In this document: piece by piece, positions 10,307 to 21,131 of the stretch
How the letters are laid out: every line of letters begins with the position of its first letter
How positions within the stretch are numbered: the stretch's first letter is position 1
Source of the DNA: an uncultured Chloroflexia bacterium
GTDB lineage: Bacteria > Chloroflexota > Anaerolineae > Anaerolineales > E44-bin32
Assembly: GCA_963807065.1 (NCBI GenBank)
Contig: CAWDZQ010000003.1
Span: forward strand, 1,056,427 to 1,120,426
Direction of reading: 5' to 3'
Length of the DNA stretch: 64,000 bases
Made by a program: the position numbers and the translations under genes
Notes under the pieces: model-generated
The model's input: the letters and a program-made list of their open reading frames with translations, nothing else
Database searches by the model: none
Told to the model about the DNA's origin: nothing

Positions 10307-10936
10307 TCAGCCTGAGTCGCCGGCCAGGCTGGCGAAGATGACCTCAGCCTGCGCCAGGTCCTGCGGGGTGTTGACGTTGAAGAAGCTCAGGCCCTCGGGG
10401 TCAAGCTTCATAAGCTCCTGCGATGAAACAATGTGCAATGGACGCAGGTCAAGCAGGTCATGCAAGCGCTGCGAGCCTGTCCCAATGACCTCGTCAATCG
10501 CCGGCAGCGCCGACTTCGGGTAAACGCTCAGCAGAGGTTCCAGCCCGCGGTGCCAAAGTGGGACGACAATTTTGTCTCTCGCTTCCCGCTCGGCAAGACC
10601 GATCAAGAGTTGGGCCAGGCGGATGCGCACGAAGGGCATGTCGCAACCCACCACCAGCGCCCGCTCGCCGGCAGCCGCCCGCAGCGCCGTGCCCAGACCC
10701 GTCAGGGCGCCGGCGCTATCCGCCGGATCGGAAACCATCCGTAGCCCAAGATATGCCAGGTCCTCCGGGTGATTGGTGGTGATCAGGCACTCGCACCCCA
10801 GCCCGCCCACCTGCTCCAGAACGTGTTCGATCAACGGACGCCCAGCCAGCTCGGCCAACGCTTTGGCTGCGCCCAGCCGGCGGCCTTGTCCGCCGGCCTG
10901 CACCACCACACTGGTGCTCTCGCTTCTGAAGCTCAA
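10307..10936 (-). CDS. mobA: molybdenum cofactor guanylyltransferase
   Basis: 209-aa ORF: VVVQAGGQGRRLG..AKALAELAGRPLIEHV and LVVGCDMPF motifs of the MobA family. Confidence 0.8.
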   Translation of the reverse strand: MSFRSESTSVVVQAGGQGRRLGAAKALAELAGRPLIEHVLEQVGGLGCECLITTNHPEDLAYLGLRMVSDPADSAGALTGLGTALRAAAGERALVVGCDMPFVRIRLAQLLIGLAEREARDKIVVPLWHRGLEPLLSVYPKSALPAIDEVIGTGSQRLHDLLDLRPLHIVSSQELMKLDPEGLSFFNVNTPQDLAQAEVIFASLAGDSG

Positions 10937-10964
10937 TCGCTATGGTTCCTATTTGTGAAATTCA

Positions 10965-11885
10965 TCACAATCCCCGGCCGGTCAGCTGCGCTTTGTCCGC
11001 CATCGCATGTGCTCCGAGGGTGGCGGCGAATTCTGCCCCCAGGAACAGGATCAGACTTGAGAAATAGACCCACAGGACCAGTACCACCACGGACGCCAGC
11101 GATCCATACACGTAGTCCAAGCGGGTCAGCCCAGAGGTCAGGTACAACGAAAACGCGGCCTTGGCCGCCTGCCAGATGACCGCCGCCAGCACAGCCCCAA
11201 ACAACGCCGACGGCACGTGCACCGCCTGGTTGGGAAGCAGCGTGTAGAGCAGCCAGCATATGAGCACGGTGGCCACGAAATCGAGCCCACCGTTGAGCAG
11301 GCGATCCGCCAGGGCGCTCTGAGGGGGTAGCGCAAAGGCTGCCAAGGTACGGGTCAATAACGAGAAAACAAATAGGGTGACGGTCAGGAAGACGGCGATC
11401 AGGCCGACCAGCCGACGAACGATGAAATGGCGCGGGCGGGCATCCCAGATGACATTGAAAGTTGACGAGAGGACGGTGAAGATCGCCGAGGCCGACCAGA
11501 GAAGCCAAGCCCCGCCGATGATACCTATCGTGTCGCGCGCCCGCGTGGTCTGGGCGATCACCGGGTTGACCGTTTGAGCCAACTGGGGAGAGACCCTGGT
11601 CACGTAGCCTTGGATCGTCTGCAGGGTGTTGCCGCTGCTCAGCACGACCCCTCCCAGAAAGACCAGAAACAGCAACAAGGGAAACAGCGAAAGCAGGCTG
11701 TGGTAGGCCAAGGCGGCCGCCCGAAGGCTGCATTCATCGTCGCCGAAGGCGATCAGGGTCTCCTTCAAGAGTTCAACCACGCGTTTCCATCGCCGCTCAG
11801 GCATGTGGGCATCCGGCCCTGGAGTAGAACGATCCTGGGCGAGCCGGTCGATCCCGGTCTTGTCTTGCAGTGGATTATCAGGCAT
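10965..11885 (-). CDS. YihY/BrkB family membrane protein
   Basis: 306-aa polytopic ORF with AAALAYHSLLSLFPLLLFLV and C-terminal LWVYFSSLILFLGAEF, typical of YihY/BrkB. Confidence 0.8.
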   Translation of the reverse strand: MPDNPLQDKTGIDRLAQDRSTPGPDAHMPERRWKRVVELLKETLIAFGDDECSLRAAALAYHSLLSLFPLLLFLVFLGGVVLSSGNTLQTIQGYVTRVSPQLAQTVNPVIAQTTRARDTIGIIGGAWLLWSASAIFTVLSSTFNVIWDARPRHFIVRRLVGLIAVFLTVTLFVFSLLTRTLAAFALPPQSALADRLLNGGLDFVATVLICWLLYTLLPNQAVHVPSALFGAVLAAVIWQAAKAAFSLYLTSGLTRLDYVYGSLASVVVLVLWVYFSSLILFLGAEFAATLGAHAMADKAQLTGRGL

Positions 11886-12010
11886 CAGCCTGTGGTCTCA
11901 CCGTTGCGGATGGGGGGCAAACAACCCAAACAGGCCGTGTACGGGTTTCTCCTGGTGGGCTCTGAAAGCCTGTTGAGGCTGGCAATGGCGATCGCTTGAA
12001 GCTCCCCCGG

Positions 12011-12970
12011 CTACTCGTTGAAGAGCTCGCCGACCGAGCGACCCTCATGGGCGCGCAGGATGACCTCGCCAAGAAGCGGCGCCACCGAGAGCACCTTCAT
12101 GTTGGGAAGCCGTTTGTCTTCCGGAACGGGGATGGTGTTGGTGGTGACGATTTCCGTCACACCGGCAGCCGCCAAACGTTCCACGGCCGGAGGCACGAGC
12201 AAGGCATGCACGAAGGACATGTAAACGTCATTAGCACCATGATCCTTGACGATCTTCACCGCCTCGGTCACCGAGCCGGCGGTCAAAACTTCGTCGTCCA
12301 CGATCAGGACGTTTTTGCCCTCCACGTTACCGATCAGCGTGGTTGCCATGGCCCGCGGATCGTCTCCACGCCTGCGTTTCTCCACAAAGGCCAATGGCGT
12401 GCTCAGTTTGGCGGCGAAGTTTCGCCCCTTCTTAGCGAAACCGAGGTCGGCCGTGGCCACCACCAGGTTCTCGAGATGCAGGTTCACGAAATAATCGCTT
12501 AGCATATGGAACGCCGTGAGCACGTCGCCCGGGATGGAGAAGAAACCCTGGATCTGGCCGGCGTGCAGGTCGATCGTCATGTAGCGGTCCGCGCCGGCCA
12601 CTTCGATCATGTCGGAGACCAACCGGGAGGTGATGGGGACCCGAGGCTGGTCCTTCTTGTCCGACCTGGCGTAGGCCATGTACGGGACAACGGCCGTGAT
12701 GCGGCCCGCCGAATCCCGTTTCAGGGTGTCGATCATGATCAGCAGTTCCATCAGATTGCGGTGGACCGGCGGCGCCATGGACTGGATGATGTAGACGTCC
12801 TGGCCCCGCGCGCTGCCCTGCAGCCGGATGAACAGGTTTTCGTTGGGGAATTCGACCAGATCGTAACCGCTGAGCGGAACCTGAATGTACTCGCTTATCT
12901 CCTGGGCCAGATCAAAGTTGCCAGAACCTGCAAAGAGCCTGATGTCCCCGTAGCCATACATGGGTGTCAC
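12011..12970 (-). CDS. prs: ribose-phosphate pyrophosphokinase
   Basis: 319-aa ORF: IRLFAGSGNFDLAQEI, DLHAGQIQGFF, and PRPP-binding loop VLIVDDEVLTAGSV. Confidence 0.95.
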   Translation of the reverse strand: MTPMYGYGDIRLFAGSGNFDLAQEISEYIQVPLSGYDLVEFPNENLFIRLQGSARGQDVYIIQSMAPPVHRNLMELLIMIDTLKRDSAGRITAVVPYMAYARSDKKDQPRVPITSRLVSDMIEVAGADRYMTIDLHAGQIQGFFSIPGDVLTAFHMLSDYFVNLHLENLVVATADLGFAKKGRNFAAKLSTPLAFVEKRRRGDDPRAMATTLIGNVEGKNVLIVDDEVLTAGSVTEAVKIVKDHGANDVYMSFVHALLVPPAVERLAAAGVTEIVTTNTIPVPEDKRLPNMKVLSVAPLLGEVILRAHEGRSVGELFNE

Positions 12971-13359
12971 TCAGCCCTCCTTGGATGGATCGACCGGCCA
13001 CTCGCTGCGCAAGATGCCCATCACCAATGTATCCCAATACTTCCCATGACGAAAGGCATCCTGCCTCAGCCGTCCTTCGAGGACGAACCCCACCCGCTCG
13101 TAGACCTTTCCTGCACGTTGATTGAACTCCATGATGCGCAAGATGATTTTCCTGAAGTTGAGCGTTTCGAAGCCGTATTTGAGCATGAGGCGCATCACCT
13201 CCGTGCCCAATCCCTGATCCCACAGGCGCTTGTCCCCAATCACGATCCCGAGTTCCGCTTGCTGGGCGACCGGATCATGGTTGAAGAAACCGCAACTGCC
13301 AGCATGGACCCAATCGCCATCCTGCATGGCATTAATCGCAAGCGTGCGCTCCCCGACGA

Positions 13360-13363
<4 letters not shown>
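12971..13363 (-). CDS. short GNAT-family N-acetyltransferase (RimJ/RimL-like core only)
   Basis: 130-aa ORF: AELGIVIGDKRLWDQGLGTEVMRLMLKYGFETLNFRKIILRIMEFNQRAGKVYERVGF. Its ATG overlaps the meaB stop (ATGA) and its stop abuts the prs start. Confidence 0.75.
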
Positions 13364-14373
<1,010 letters not shown>

Positions 14374-14378
14374 GGGCC

Positions 14379-14792
14379 TCAGTGACCGTGATCGTTTGAC
14401 CCAATGGCGGCTCGAAAAGCCTGAATCACCGCCTCGGTCTCCGTGCCCGGACCGAATACCGATGCGACTCCAATCTCCTGCAGAGCCGGAATATCCTGAT
14501 CCGGGATGATGCCTCCCACCAGCACTGGCACGTCCGTCTGGCCTTGTGCCTCGAGCAGCGCGATCACCCTCGGAACCAGCACCATGTGAGCCCCCGAGAG
14601 GATCGAGAGCCCGATGGCGTCGACGTCCTCCTGCAGGGCGGCCTCGGCGACCATCTCGGGTGTCTGCCTGAGGCCGGTGTAGATCACCTCAAATCCGGCG
14701 TCGCGCAACGCCCTAGCGATCACCTTGGCACCGCGGTCGTGACCGTCCAAACCCGGCTTGGCGATGAGGACGCGCTGTTGGGTCTTCGGCAT
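14379..14792 (-). CDS. methylmalonyl-CoA mutase-type cobalamin (B12)-binding subunit
   Basis: 137-aa ORF: [34 protein letters not shown] with the DxHxxG B12-binding motif. Confidence 0.9.
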   Translation of the reverse strand: MPKTQQRVLIAKPGLDGHDRGAKVIARALRDAGFEVIYTGLRQTPEMVAEAALQEDVDAIGLSILSGAHMVLVPRVIALLEAQGQTDVPVLVGGIIPDQDIPALQEIGVASVFGPGTETEAVIQAFRAAIGSNDHGH

Positions 14793-15053
14793 GCGGCTGT
14801 TCTTCCGTTAGGTTGGATTCTCGACTGGCAGCGATTATACACCAGCCTCATTGCAGGGATGTGGGTCGACCAGAGGCATGGATTGGTAGGTCATTGTGAG
14901 GCCCCGGGTTCTTGCGCCGGCCACTTCCCACCCATAAAATGATGCTGGGAGCAGCGACCAGCTTAGCTTGAACCTTATGGCAAATGCCCACCCGATCACT
15001 CTGGATCCGCTGTTCGCCGGGTAGGAGGGAAGCTTGAACCCTCAGGATCTGTT

Positions 15054-18000
15054 ATGAAGCCTACCTTCAGCGGTTGGGGCACGCTGACGTATATCGCACT
15101 TGGGCTGGTGGTTGCCCTGAGCTATGCCATGGCTGTCGCCGGCGCCAGCCTGCTCTTGGGCCAACCGGTTCCGGCCGGCAACCCCATCTTGATCAGCCTG
15201 CTCGCCCTTCTTCTGGCTCTCGGCCTCAACCCCCTGTATGCCAGGATTCACCGTGCCATCGGCAGCACACTTTTCCGCGGGGAAGAGGCTCGTCGCACTC
15301 GCCGCGAGCAGCTTCAGGCGGAGCTGGACTCCACATCCGACCTGGACGAGATCGCAAATTTCATGCACCACGCCGTAATGGACGGCCTTCAACCCCGCCA
15401 CGCACACGTCTTCCTGCTGGATACGAACAGCCAGACCTTTGGAGCGATGCCTGCCAGCGGTCCCGGTACGAGCCAGCTCAAGCTTTCAACCGACGGCGCA
15501 CTCGCTGGACTGCTGCGCCGCACGGCCGCACCGCTGCGCCTGGACAGGGATGGGCCGCTGCCGTCCGGGCTGGCCCAGGACCGGGCTGTGCTGGCCGTGC
15601 TCGGCTCATCGCTGTATGTCCCTATCAGGGGCAACACTGGAATGACGGGTTGGCTTAGTCTAGGCGAACCGCGCCAGCGACGCTCAGGCAGCTACACGTC
15701 ATTGGAGATGGCCTTCCTCGAGGATGTCGCACGGCTTGGCGCTGTCGCCATCGCTCGCTCTCAGGCCCTGACAGATCTTCGACACCGCTTGCGAGAGCTC
15801 GATACCCTGAGCCATGTCGCCCAGGCCGTCAACCTTTCTCGGGCCGAACGGGATTTGATAGACGTCGTCGGCCAGGCCGTTCAGGACCTGCTGGTGGGAG
15901 ATAGCTTCATCAGCGTCATACAGTCCGGTGACCGGTCGGGGTACCGCCTCTTCGTCCGAACGGAGGCCCACGGCACACAGGCTCAATCTGCTGCTGAGAC
16001 AGAGTCCCATCTGGCCGGTCTGCTCGGGATGGTCCTCGAGGCTGGGGAACCAATCAAAACCGACGACTATCGTGCGGCCTGCTTGGCCGGCGGGCGACGT
16101 GCAGACATGCCCTTTCACGCATGGATCGGCGTACCGCTCAAGGGCGGCGCCGAACAGTTGGGGGTTCTGGCGATTGGAATGGAGAACCCCGGGCTAGCGT
16201 ATTCGGATGAGCAGGTCAAGATCCTCGCCGCCGTCGCCGATCAAGCCGCCAGCGGGCTCCTGCGAACTCGCCTGTACCGCCAAATTGAGGAGCGAGCGCA
16301 GCAGCTCAGCACGCTCAACAAAGTCGGCGCCGACTTGGCCAGAACTCTTGAGCTGGATCCTTTGCTTCAGCAGATTATGGCTGGGATCCTGAGCTTGGTC
16401 GGTTGCGAATTGGGGTTGCTGGCCCTCGTTGAGGAGGAGTCGGGGGATTTTGTCGTTCGTGTGAGTGCCGGCGCCACGGCCCAATCATTGGCCGGGGGCA
16501 GGCTGGTTCCCGATCAGGGCCCGATTGCGTCTGCGCTGGAGGATGCGCGCCCCATTCAGATCACCTCAAAGGATCAGCTGTCGACCATGCTTGCACCGCC
16601 CGGACCGAGCGCCGATGAGCCTTTCGGAAACGTGGTCATTCCCCTGTTGGCCAAGGGCAAACCGCTGGGGATCGTCCTGATTCGCAGCAAGCCGGGCCAG
16701 ACATCCTTCTCAGACGCTGACATGGCCCTCTTGTCGACCTTCGCCGGCCAGGCCTCTATCGCCATCGAGAATGCCCGCCTTTACACCCTGACGGACCAAG
16801 CGCTTGAGGCCAAAGTCGCCGAAATGTCGGTCATGCAGCGTATCGATCGTGATCTGAATGCCAGCCTGGATCTCAATCGGGCCCTGGGAATTACCTTGCA
16901 CTGGGCGATTGAGCACACCGGTGCTTTGGGAGGCCTGGTCGTCGTGCTTGGGGAGGACGGCGGAACCCAAATCCTGGCCCAGGGGCTGACGGAGGATCCG
17001 TCCCACGCAAACGGCGAAGTCGATGTGGCCGAAGTGTGGCTGCTTCGCAAGTGCCTCGACACGGCTAAGACCGCTTTCATCGATGACATTGCCACAGAAC
17101 CAGACTCGATCGGCCTGGATCCGCGTGCGAGATCGCTGGCGGCCGTTCCCCTGCAGCGCGAGGCCAGGGTTGTCGGGGGCGTCTATCTGGAACACCCGGA
17201 GGCGCGCGCTTTCAACAAAGACCGACTGGCTTTCTTGGAGCGCCTGGCGGATCATGCCTCGATCGCTATTACCAACGCCCTGCTGTACGCGCAGGTCCAG
17301 AGCGCCAACCTGGCCAAGAGCGAATTCATATCTTTCATAAGCCACGAGCTGAAGACCCCCATGACCTCGATCAAGGGATACTCTGACCTGCTGGCGCAAG
17401 AGACTGTCGGCACGATCAATCAGGCGCAAGCCGACTTCCTGGGCACGATACGGTCCAACGCTGATCGAATGGCGACCCTGGTGTCCGATCTGGCCGACAT
17501 CTCGCGCATCGAATTGGGCAGACTCAAGCTTGAGTTCGAGCCATTGGACCTAGGAGAGGTTTTGGAGGAGGTCGTTCGCTCTGTCCGCCAGCGCATGCAA
17601 GCCAAGAAACACCGTTTGGTCATGGAGGGACTCGAGGGCCAGCTGCCCGCTTGGGCCGATCGGACGCGGCTGATCCAAATCTTGGCTAACTTGTTCAGCA
17701 ATGCCGTCAAATACACGCCGGAGGGTGGTGAGATTGCCTTAAGCGTGGAATCGGCCGAAAACCTGTGGGATCCTAAGGGAGCGCCGCGAGTGCTCCATGT
17801 CCAGGTTGCGGACAATGGCATCGGCATTTCCTCCGAGGAACGACACCACGTCTTTCAGAAGTTTTTCCGCTCAGAATCTCGAGAGGTGCGGGAAGCTCCC
17901 GGAACCGGACTGGGGCTGAGCATCACCAAGTATCTGGTCGAACTGCAAGGTGGTCAGATCTGGTTTGAGAGCGAGGCAGGGAAGGGCACGACCTTCCACT

Positions 18001-18074
18001 TCACTATGCCTTTAGTCGAAGGCTACGAGCCCGGCGTACGGGACTCTGAATTTGATGGTCAGTTGATCTACTGA
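15054..18074 (+). CDS. membrane-anchored multi-GAF sensor histidine kinase
   Basis: 1006-aa ORF with N-terminal TM helices and several GAF-like repeats (the ...IENARLY / ITNALLY endings recur). HisKA H-box FISFISHELKTPMTSIKGYSDLL; HATPase_c GTGLGLSITKYLVELQGGQIWFESEAGKGTTFHF. Confidence 0.9.
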   Translation: MKPTFSGWGTLTYIALGLVVALSYAMAVAGASLLLGQPVPAGNPILISLLALLLALGLNPLYARIHRAIGSTLFRGEEARRTRREQLQAELDSTSDLDEIANFMHHAVMDGLQPRHAHVFLLDTNSQTFGAMPASGPGTSQLKLSTDGALAGLLRRTAAPLRLDRDGPLPSGLAQDRAVLAVLGSSLYVPIRGNTGMTGWLSLGEPRQRRSGSYTSLEMAFLEDVARLGAVAIARSQALTDLRHRLRELDTLSHVAQAVNLSRAERDLIDVVGQAVQDLLVGDSFISVIQSGDRSGYRLFVRTEAHGTQAQSAAETESHLAGLLGMVLEAGEPIKTDDYRAACLAGGRRADMPFHAWIGVPLKGGAEQLGVLAIGMENPGLAYSDEQVKILAAVADQAASGLLRTRLYRQIEERAQQLSTLNKVGADLARTLELDPLLQQIMAGILSLVGCELGLLALVEEESGDFVVRVSAGATAQSLAGGRLVPDQGPIASALEDARPIQITSKDQLSTMLAPPGPSADEPFGNVVIPLLAKGKPLGIVLIRSKPGQTSFSDADMALLSTFAGQASIAIENARLYTLTDQALEAKVAEMSVMQRIDRDLNASLDLNRALGITLHWAIEHTGALGGLVVVLGEDGGTQILAQGLTEDPSHANGEVDVAEVWLLRKCLDTAKTAFIDDIATEPDSIGLDPRARSLAAVPLQREARVVGGVYLEHPEARAFNKDRLAFLERLADHASIAITNALLYAQVQSANLAKSEFISFISHELKTPMTSIKGYSDLLAQETVGTINQAQADFLGTIRSNADRMATLVSDLADISRIELGRLKLEFEPLDLGEVLEEVVRSVRQRMQAKKHRLVMEGLEGQLPAWADRTRLIQILANLFSNAVKYTPEGGEIALSVESAENLWDPKGAPRVLHVQVADNGIGISSEERHHVFQKFFRSESREVREAPGTGLGLSITKYLVELQGGQIWFESEAGKGTTFHFTMPLVEGYEPGVRDSEFDGQLIY

Positions 18075-18127
18075 GCGCGGACCCTGTCCCGCGTTGTCCG
18101 GGCTGGGCAGATTGGTCGACGCGGCCC

Positions 18128-19144
18128 TTAGAGATTCTTGGGCCGGTACAGTCCCATCGCTCGGCGAGCCTCGGACATGGTTGCATCCGCCTCCTGACGC
18201 ATTCGTTGCGTGCCCTCTGTCAAAATGTCCTCTACCAGATTCGGCTCGGCGGCAAACCCCGCCCGGCGCTGCCGAATTGGTCCCAAGAACATCTCCAAGG
18301 CAGCGATGAGCTTCTGCTTGACTTCCACGTCCCCGACTTTCCCCTGGCGATAGCGCGCCTTGAGATCATCCACCTCTTCCAAGTTGCTGTTGAAGGCGTC
18401 ATGGTAGATGAAGACCGGGTTCCCTTCCACCCGCCCGGGAATATCCGCCCGGACGCGGTTGGGATCGGTGTACATGGCCATGACCTTCTGGCGGACGGTG
18501 GCCTCGTCATCAGAAAGGAAGATGGCGTTGTCGAGAGATTTGCTCATCTTAGATTGGCCGTCCGTGCCCACCAGCGTGGGGACGTCACCGACCATAACGT
18601 CGGGCACAGGGAAGACCTCACCATACAGGTGATTGAAACGCCGAGCAATTTCGCGGGTCACCTCGACATGCGCCTCGTTGTCCTTGCCCACCGGGACCAA
18701 GTTGGCTCGGGGGAGGAGGATGTCGGCTGCCTGCAGGACGGGGTAGCCGAGCAGGCCAAATGGAAACGAATCCAAATGTGCGGCCGAGGCCATGTCTTTC
18801 AAGCTCGGAATCCGTTCCAGGCGCGGCACACTCACGAGCATCTCGAAGATCAGGTTCAGCTCGAACGTTTCCCGCACCGCAGACTGCAGAAAGATCACGC
18901 TTTGCTTGGGATCGATCCCGACAGCCAGGTAGTCGAGCACCATCTCCTTGACATTGTCACCGATTTGGTCGATGGATTCCTTGTCCGGCCGCGTGGTCAG
19001 GGTGTGCAGATCCGCCACAACGAAGAAGCACTCGTAGCTGTCTTGCAGTTTGAGGCGATTGACCAGCGAACCCACGTAGTGACCCAAGTGCATCCGCCCC
19101 GTCGGTCGATCGCCGGTCAGAATTCGAGGTCGTTTCTCGTTCAA
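18128..19144 (-). CDS. trpS: tryptophan--tRNA ligase
   Basis: The ORF track extends to 19318, but that extension covers the T-box terminator. I place the start at TTG 19144 (GGAGGG upstream, in frame), giving (M)NEKRPRILTGDRPTGRMHLGHYVGS. HIGH-type and KMSKS motifs are present. Confidence 0.93.
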   Translation of the reverse strand: MNEKRPRILTGDRPTGRMHLGHYVGSLVNRLKLQDSYECFFVVADLHTLTTRPDKESIDQIGDNVKEMVLDYLAVGIDPKQSVIFLQSAVRETFELNLIFEMLVSVPRLERIPSLKDMASAAHLDSFPFGLLGYPVLQAADILLPRANLVPVGKDNEAHVEVTREIARRFNHLYGEVFPVPDVMVGDVPTLVGTDGQSKMSKSLDNAIFLSDDEATVRQKVMAMYTDPNRVRADIPGRVEGNPVFIYHDAFNSNLEEVDDLKARYRQGKVGDVEVKQKLIAALEMFLGPIRQRRAGFAAEPNLVEDILTEGTQRMRQEADATMSEARRAMGLYRPKNL

Positions 19145-19189
19145 GATCACCCTCCAGGTTGAAGCGTGCCAGGCTCGGTCGGCCGCAGC

Positions 19190-19498
19190 CTCATTTGGAC
19201 ACAAAAAGGCTCGTCCCATGGGGACGAGCCTCTGGCCCGCGTTGCCACCCCGATTAGGCCATCGGCCAAGACACTTGCGACGCCGATCTGCCTCTCTCAG
19301 CCTGGATACCTGCCACAACTTGCACCCAGGCGGCTGATAACGGTGGCCAACCGGCGGACCGGCATAAGATCACCGATCCACAGCTCAGGGGCCCATTCGC
19401 CGCCGCCCTGCCCGCAAGACTCTCAGCCTGTCTCGCTCTCTGTGGGGCTGGCCTGGCGGATACTCTTCCCCGTCTCAGCTTTTAGCGTATGCGATTGT
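19190..19498 (-). promoter_or_regulatory. T-box leader (tRNA-Trp sensing) with intrinsic terminator, upstream of trpS
   Basis: On the minus strand, AAUCGGGGUGGCAACGCGGG (19236-19255) matches the conserved T-box sequence. It overlaps an 11-bp terminator hairpin AGGCTCGTCCC-cat-GGGACGAGCCT followed by TTTTT (19201-19231). The UGGC bulge fits a G73 discriminator as in bacterial tRNA-Trp. UGG triplets in the Stem I region (for example 19393-19395) are candidate specifier codons. Confidence 0.8.
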
Positions 19499-19504
19499 CT
19501 TGTG

Positions 19505-19533
19505 AGTATAGTCCCGCTGCCATGCACGGTCAA
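19505..19533 (-). promoter_or_regulatory. sigma-70-type promoter for the trpS T-box leader
   Basis: Minus strand: TTGACC - 17 nt - TATACT. Confidence 0.55.
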
Positions 19534-19548
19534 CAAAAGGTAGTTCGT

Positions 19549-19881
19549 TTAGAGCTGAATGTGTTGCCCCAGCCGGTCAACGATCTTCTGCTTCGGTTGG
19601 AACCCGGTCAGGCGCTCCTTGGGCTCGCCATCGACGAACAGGATCAGGGTTGGTACCCCCATCACGCTGTATGCCATGGTCGTTTGAGCGTTTTGATCGA
19701 TGTCGAGCTTGACCACCTTGACCTTGCCCTCCCAGGATTCCGCCAACTCTTCCACGATCGGGTCGAGTTGCTTGCAAGGATGACACCATTCGGCGCCGAA
19801 ATCGACCAGGACCGCACCCTCTGAACCCTTGACCAATTCGTCGAAGTTGTCATCCGTGGCGTCGCCAATTTCCACCGGCAT
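19549..19881 (-). CDS. trxA: thioredoxin
   Basis: The ORF track gives 19549..19941. I prefer the internal ATG at 19881 (GGAGG 8 nt upstream). Active site AEWCHPCK; thioredoxin fold VMGVPTLILF. Confidence 0.9.
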   Translation of the reverse strand: MPVEIGDATDDNFDELVKGSEGAVLVDFGAEWCHPCKQLDPIVEELAESWEGKVKVVKLDIDQNAQTTMAYSVMGVPTLILFVDGEPKERLTGFQPKQKIVDRLGQHIQL

Positions 19882-19966
19882 TGAGATAGGCCTCCACCCC
19901 GTGTCCCGTTTCGAGGCATACAAGTCTAGACAGCCTTGCATCCGGCGTCAAGTGCCTTCAGCTCGC

Positions 19967-19995
19967 TTGACGCTCATCACGCCCCATGGTATCAT
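19967..19995 (+). promoter_or_regulatory. sigma-70-type promoter of the hrcA operon
   Basis: TTGACG - 17 nt - TATCAT, placing the transcription start just before the CIRCE element. Confidence 0.55.
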
Positions 19996-20008
19996 GATTC
20001 CCGTTATT

Positions 20009-20035
20009 TAGCACTCTCGTGTCGAGAGTGCTAAA
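20009..20035. promoter_or_regulatory. CIRCE operator (HrcA binding site)
   Basis: TTAGCACTC-tcgtgtcga-GAGTGCTAA is a perfect match to the CIRCE consensus TTAGCACTC-N9-GAGTGCTAA. It lies 15 nt upstream of hrcA. Confidence 0.95.
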
Positions 20036-20049
20036 CTGGTGTATAGCCT

Positions 20050-21084
20050 ATGGAAGAAAATCTATCTGACCGCCAGGACACGATCCTGGCACTAATCATT
20101 CATGAATATGTGGCCACGGCCCAGCCGATTGGCTCGGAGCGCTTGGTCGGCGAGTTCAGTCTGGGGGTGAGCTCGGCCACCGTGCGCAACGATATGGCCA
20201 ATCTGACCGATGCCGGCCTGCTGCGCCAGCCTCACACTTCGGCCGGACGCGTTCCGACGGAAGAGGGCTACCGCTACTTTGTTCAGCGACTGCTGGGCGA
20301 CACGGACCTTCCCGTGGAAGACAAACGCCGGATCAGCCATCAGTTCCACCAAGCACGGGCCGAAGTCGATGAGTGGTTGCAGTTGGCCGCAGCCATCCTG
20401 GCCAACCGATCTCAGGTGGCTTCTCTGGTCACCTCCCCCCACTCATCGCGTGCCAGGTTCAAGCACCTGGAGCTCATTGCAACGCAAGGTCAGCAGGTTC
20501 TGTTGGTGCTGGTGCTCCAAGGGGGCGAGGTCCGACAGCAAATTCTCACTTTGGCCGAACCGCTCGACCAAGACCACCTGTCCGAGACGGCCAACACCGT
20601 GACCGCGGCATTAGGCGGCAAGGATGGTGACGCCATCGCCGCCCTCGTCTCCCAATACACGGGGCTGGCTCAAGACCTAATCAAGCTTGTCTCTGAGATC
20701 ATGTTGCGATCCGATGCCGCCTCGGCCGGCGAGATATATCGGGATGGGCTGTCCAACGTCATCTTGCAGCCCGAGTTTGCCGATTCGGAGAGCCTGAAAC
20801 AGGCTCTGCGGCTTTTGGACGAACGCTCCTTTCTGGAAGACGTATTGGCCGAAGCGCTGAGCCCCAACATCGGCGGCGTTCAAGTGGTGATTGGTGGCGA
20901 AGGCGCATGGGAAGATCTCAAGGACCTTTCGATGATCCTGGCGCGCTACGGCGCCCCGGGCTACGCCACGGGCGCCGTGGCGGTGCTCGGACCCATCCGA
21001 ATGGCCTACGGCCCTACCATCTCCACCGTCCGGTACGTAGCGGGGCTTATGAGCGATATCGTCATTGAGACCTTTGCTGGCTAG
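20050..21084 (+). CDS. hrcA: heat-inducible transcription repressor HrcA
   Basis: 344-aa ORF with N-terminal wHTH (LSDRQDTILALIIHEYVATAQPIGSERL...SSATVRNDMANLTDAGLLRQPHTSAGRVPT). Confidence 0.95.
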   Translation: MEENLSDRQDTILALIIHEYVATAQPIGSERLVGEFSLGVSSATVRNDMANLTDAGLLRQPHTSAGRVPTEEGYRYFVQRLLGDTDLPVEDKRRISHQFHQARAEVDEWLQLAAAILANRSQVASLVTSPHSSRARFKHLELIATQGQQVLLVLVLQGGEVRQQILTLAEPLDQDHLSETANTVTAALGGKDGDAIAALVSQYTGLAQDLIKLVSEIMLRSDAASAGEIYRDGLSNVILQPEFADSESLKQALRLLDERSFLEDVLAEALSPNIGGVQVVIGGEGAWEDLKDLSMILARYGAPGYATGAVAVLGPIRMAYGPTISTVRYVAGLMSDIVIETFAG

Positions 21085-21131
21085 ACCACAAGGGGCCGAT
21101 CTCCCCGCTGAGGATCCCAGGAGGTACTTTC

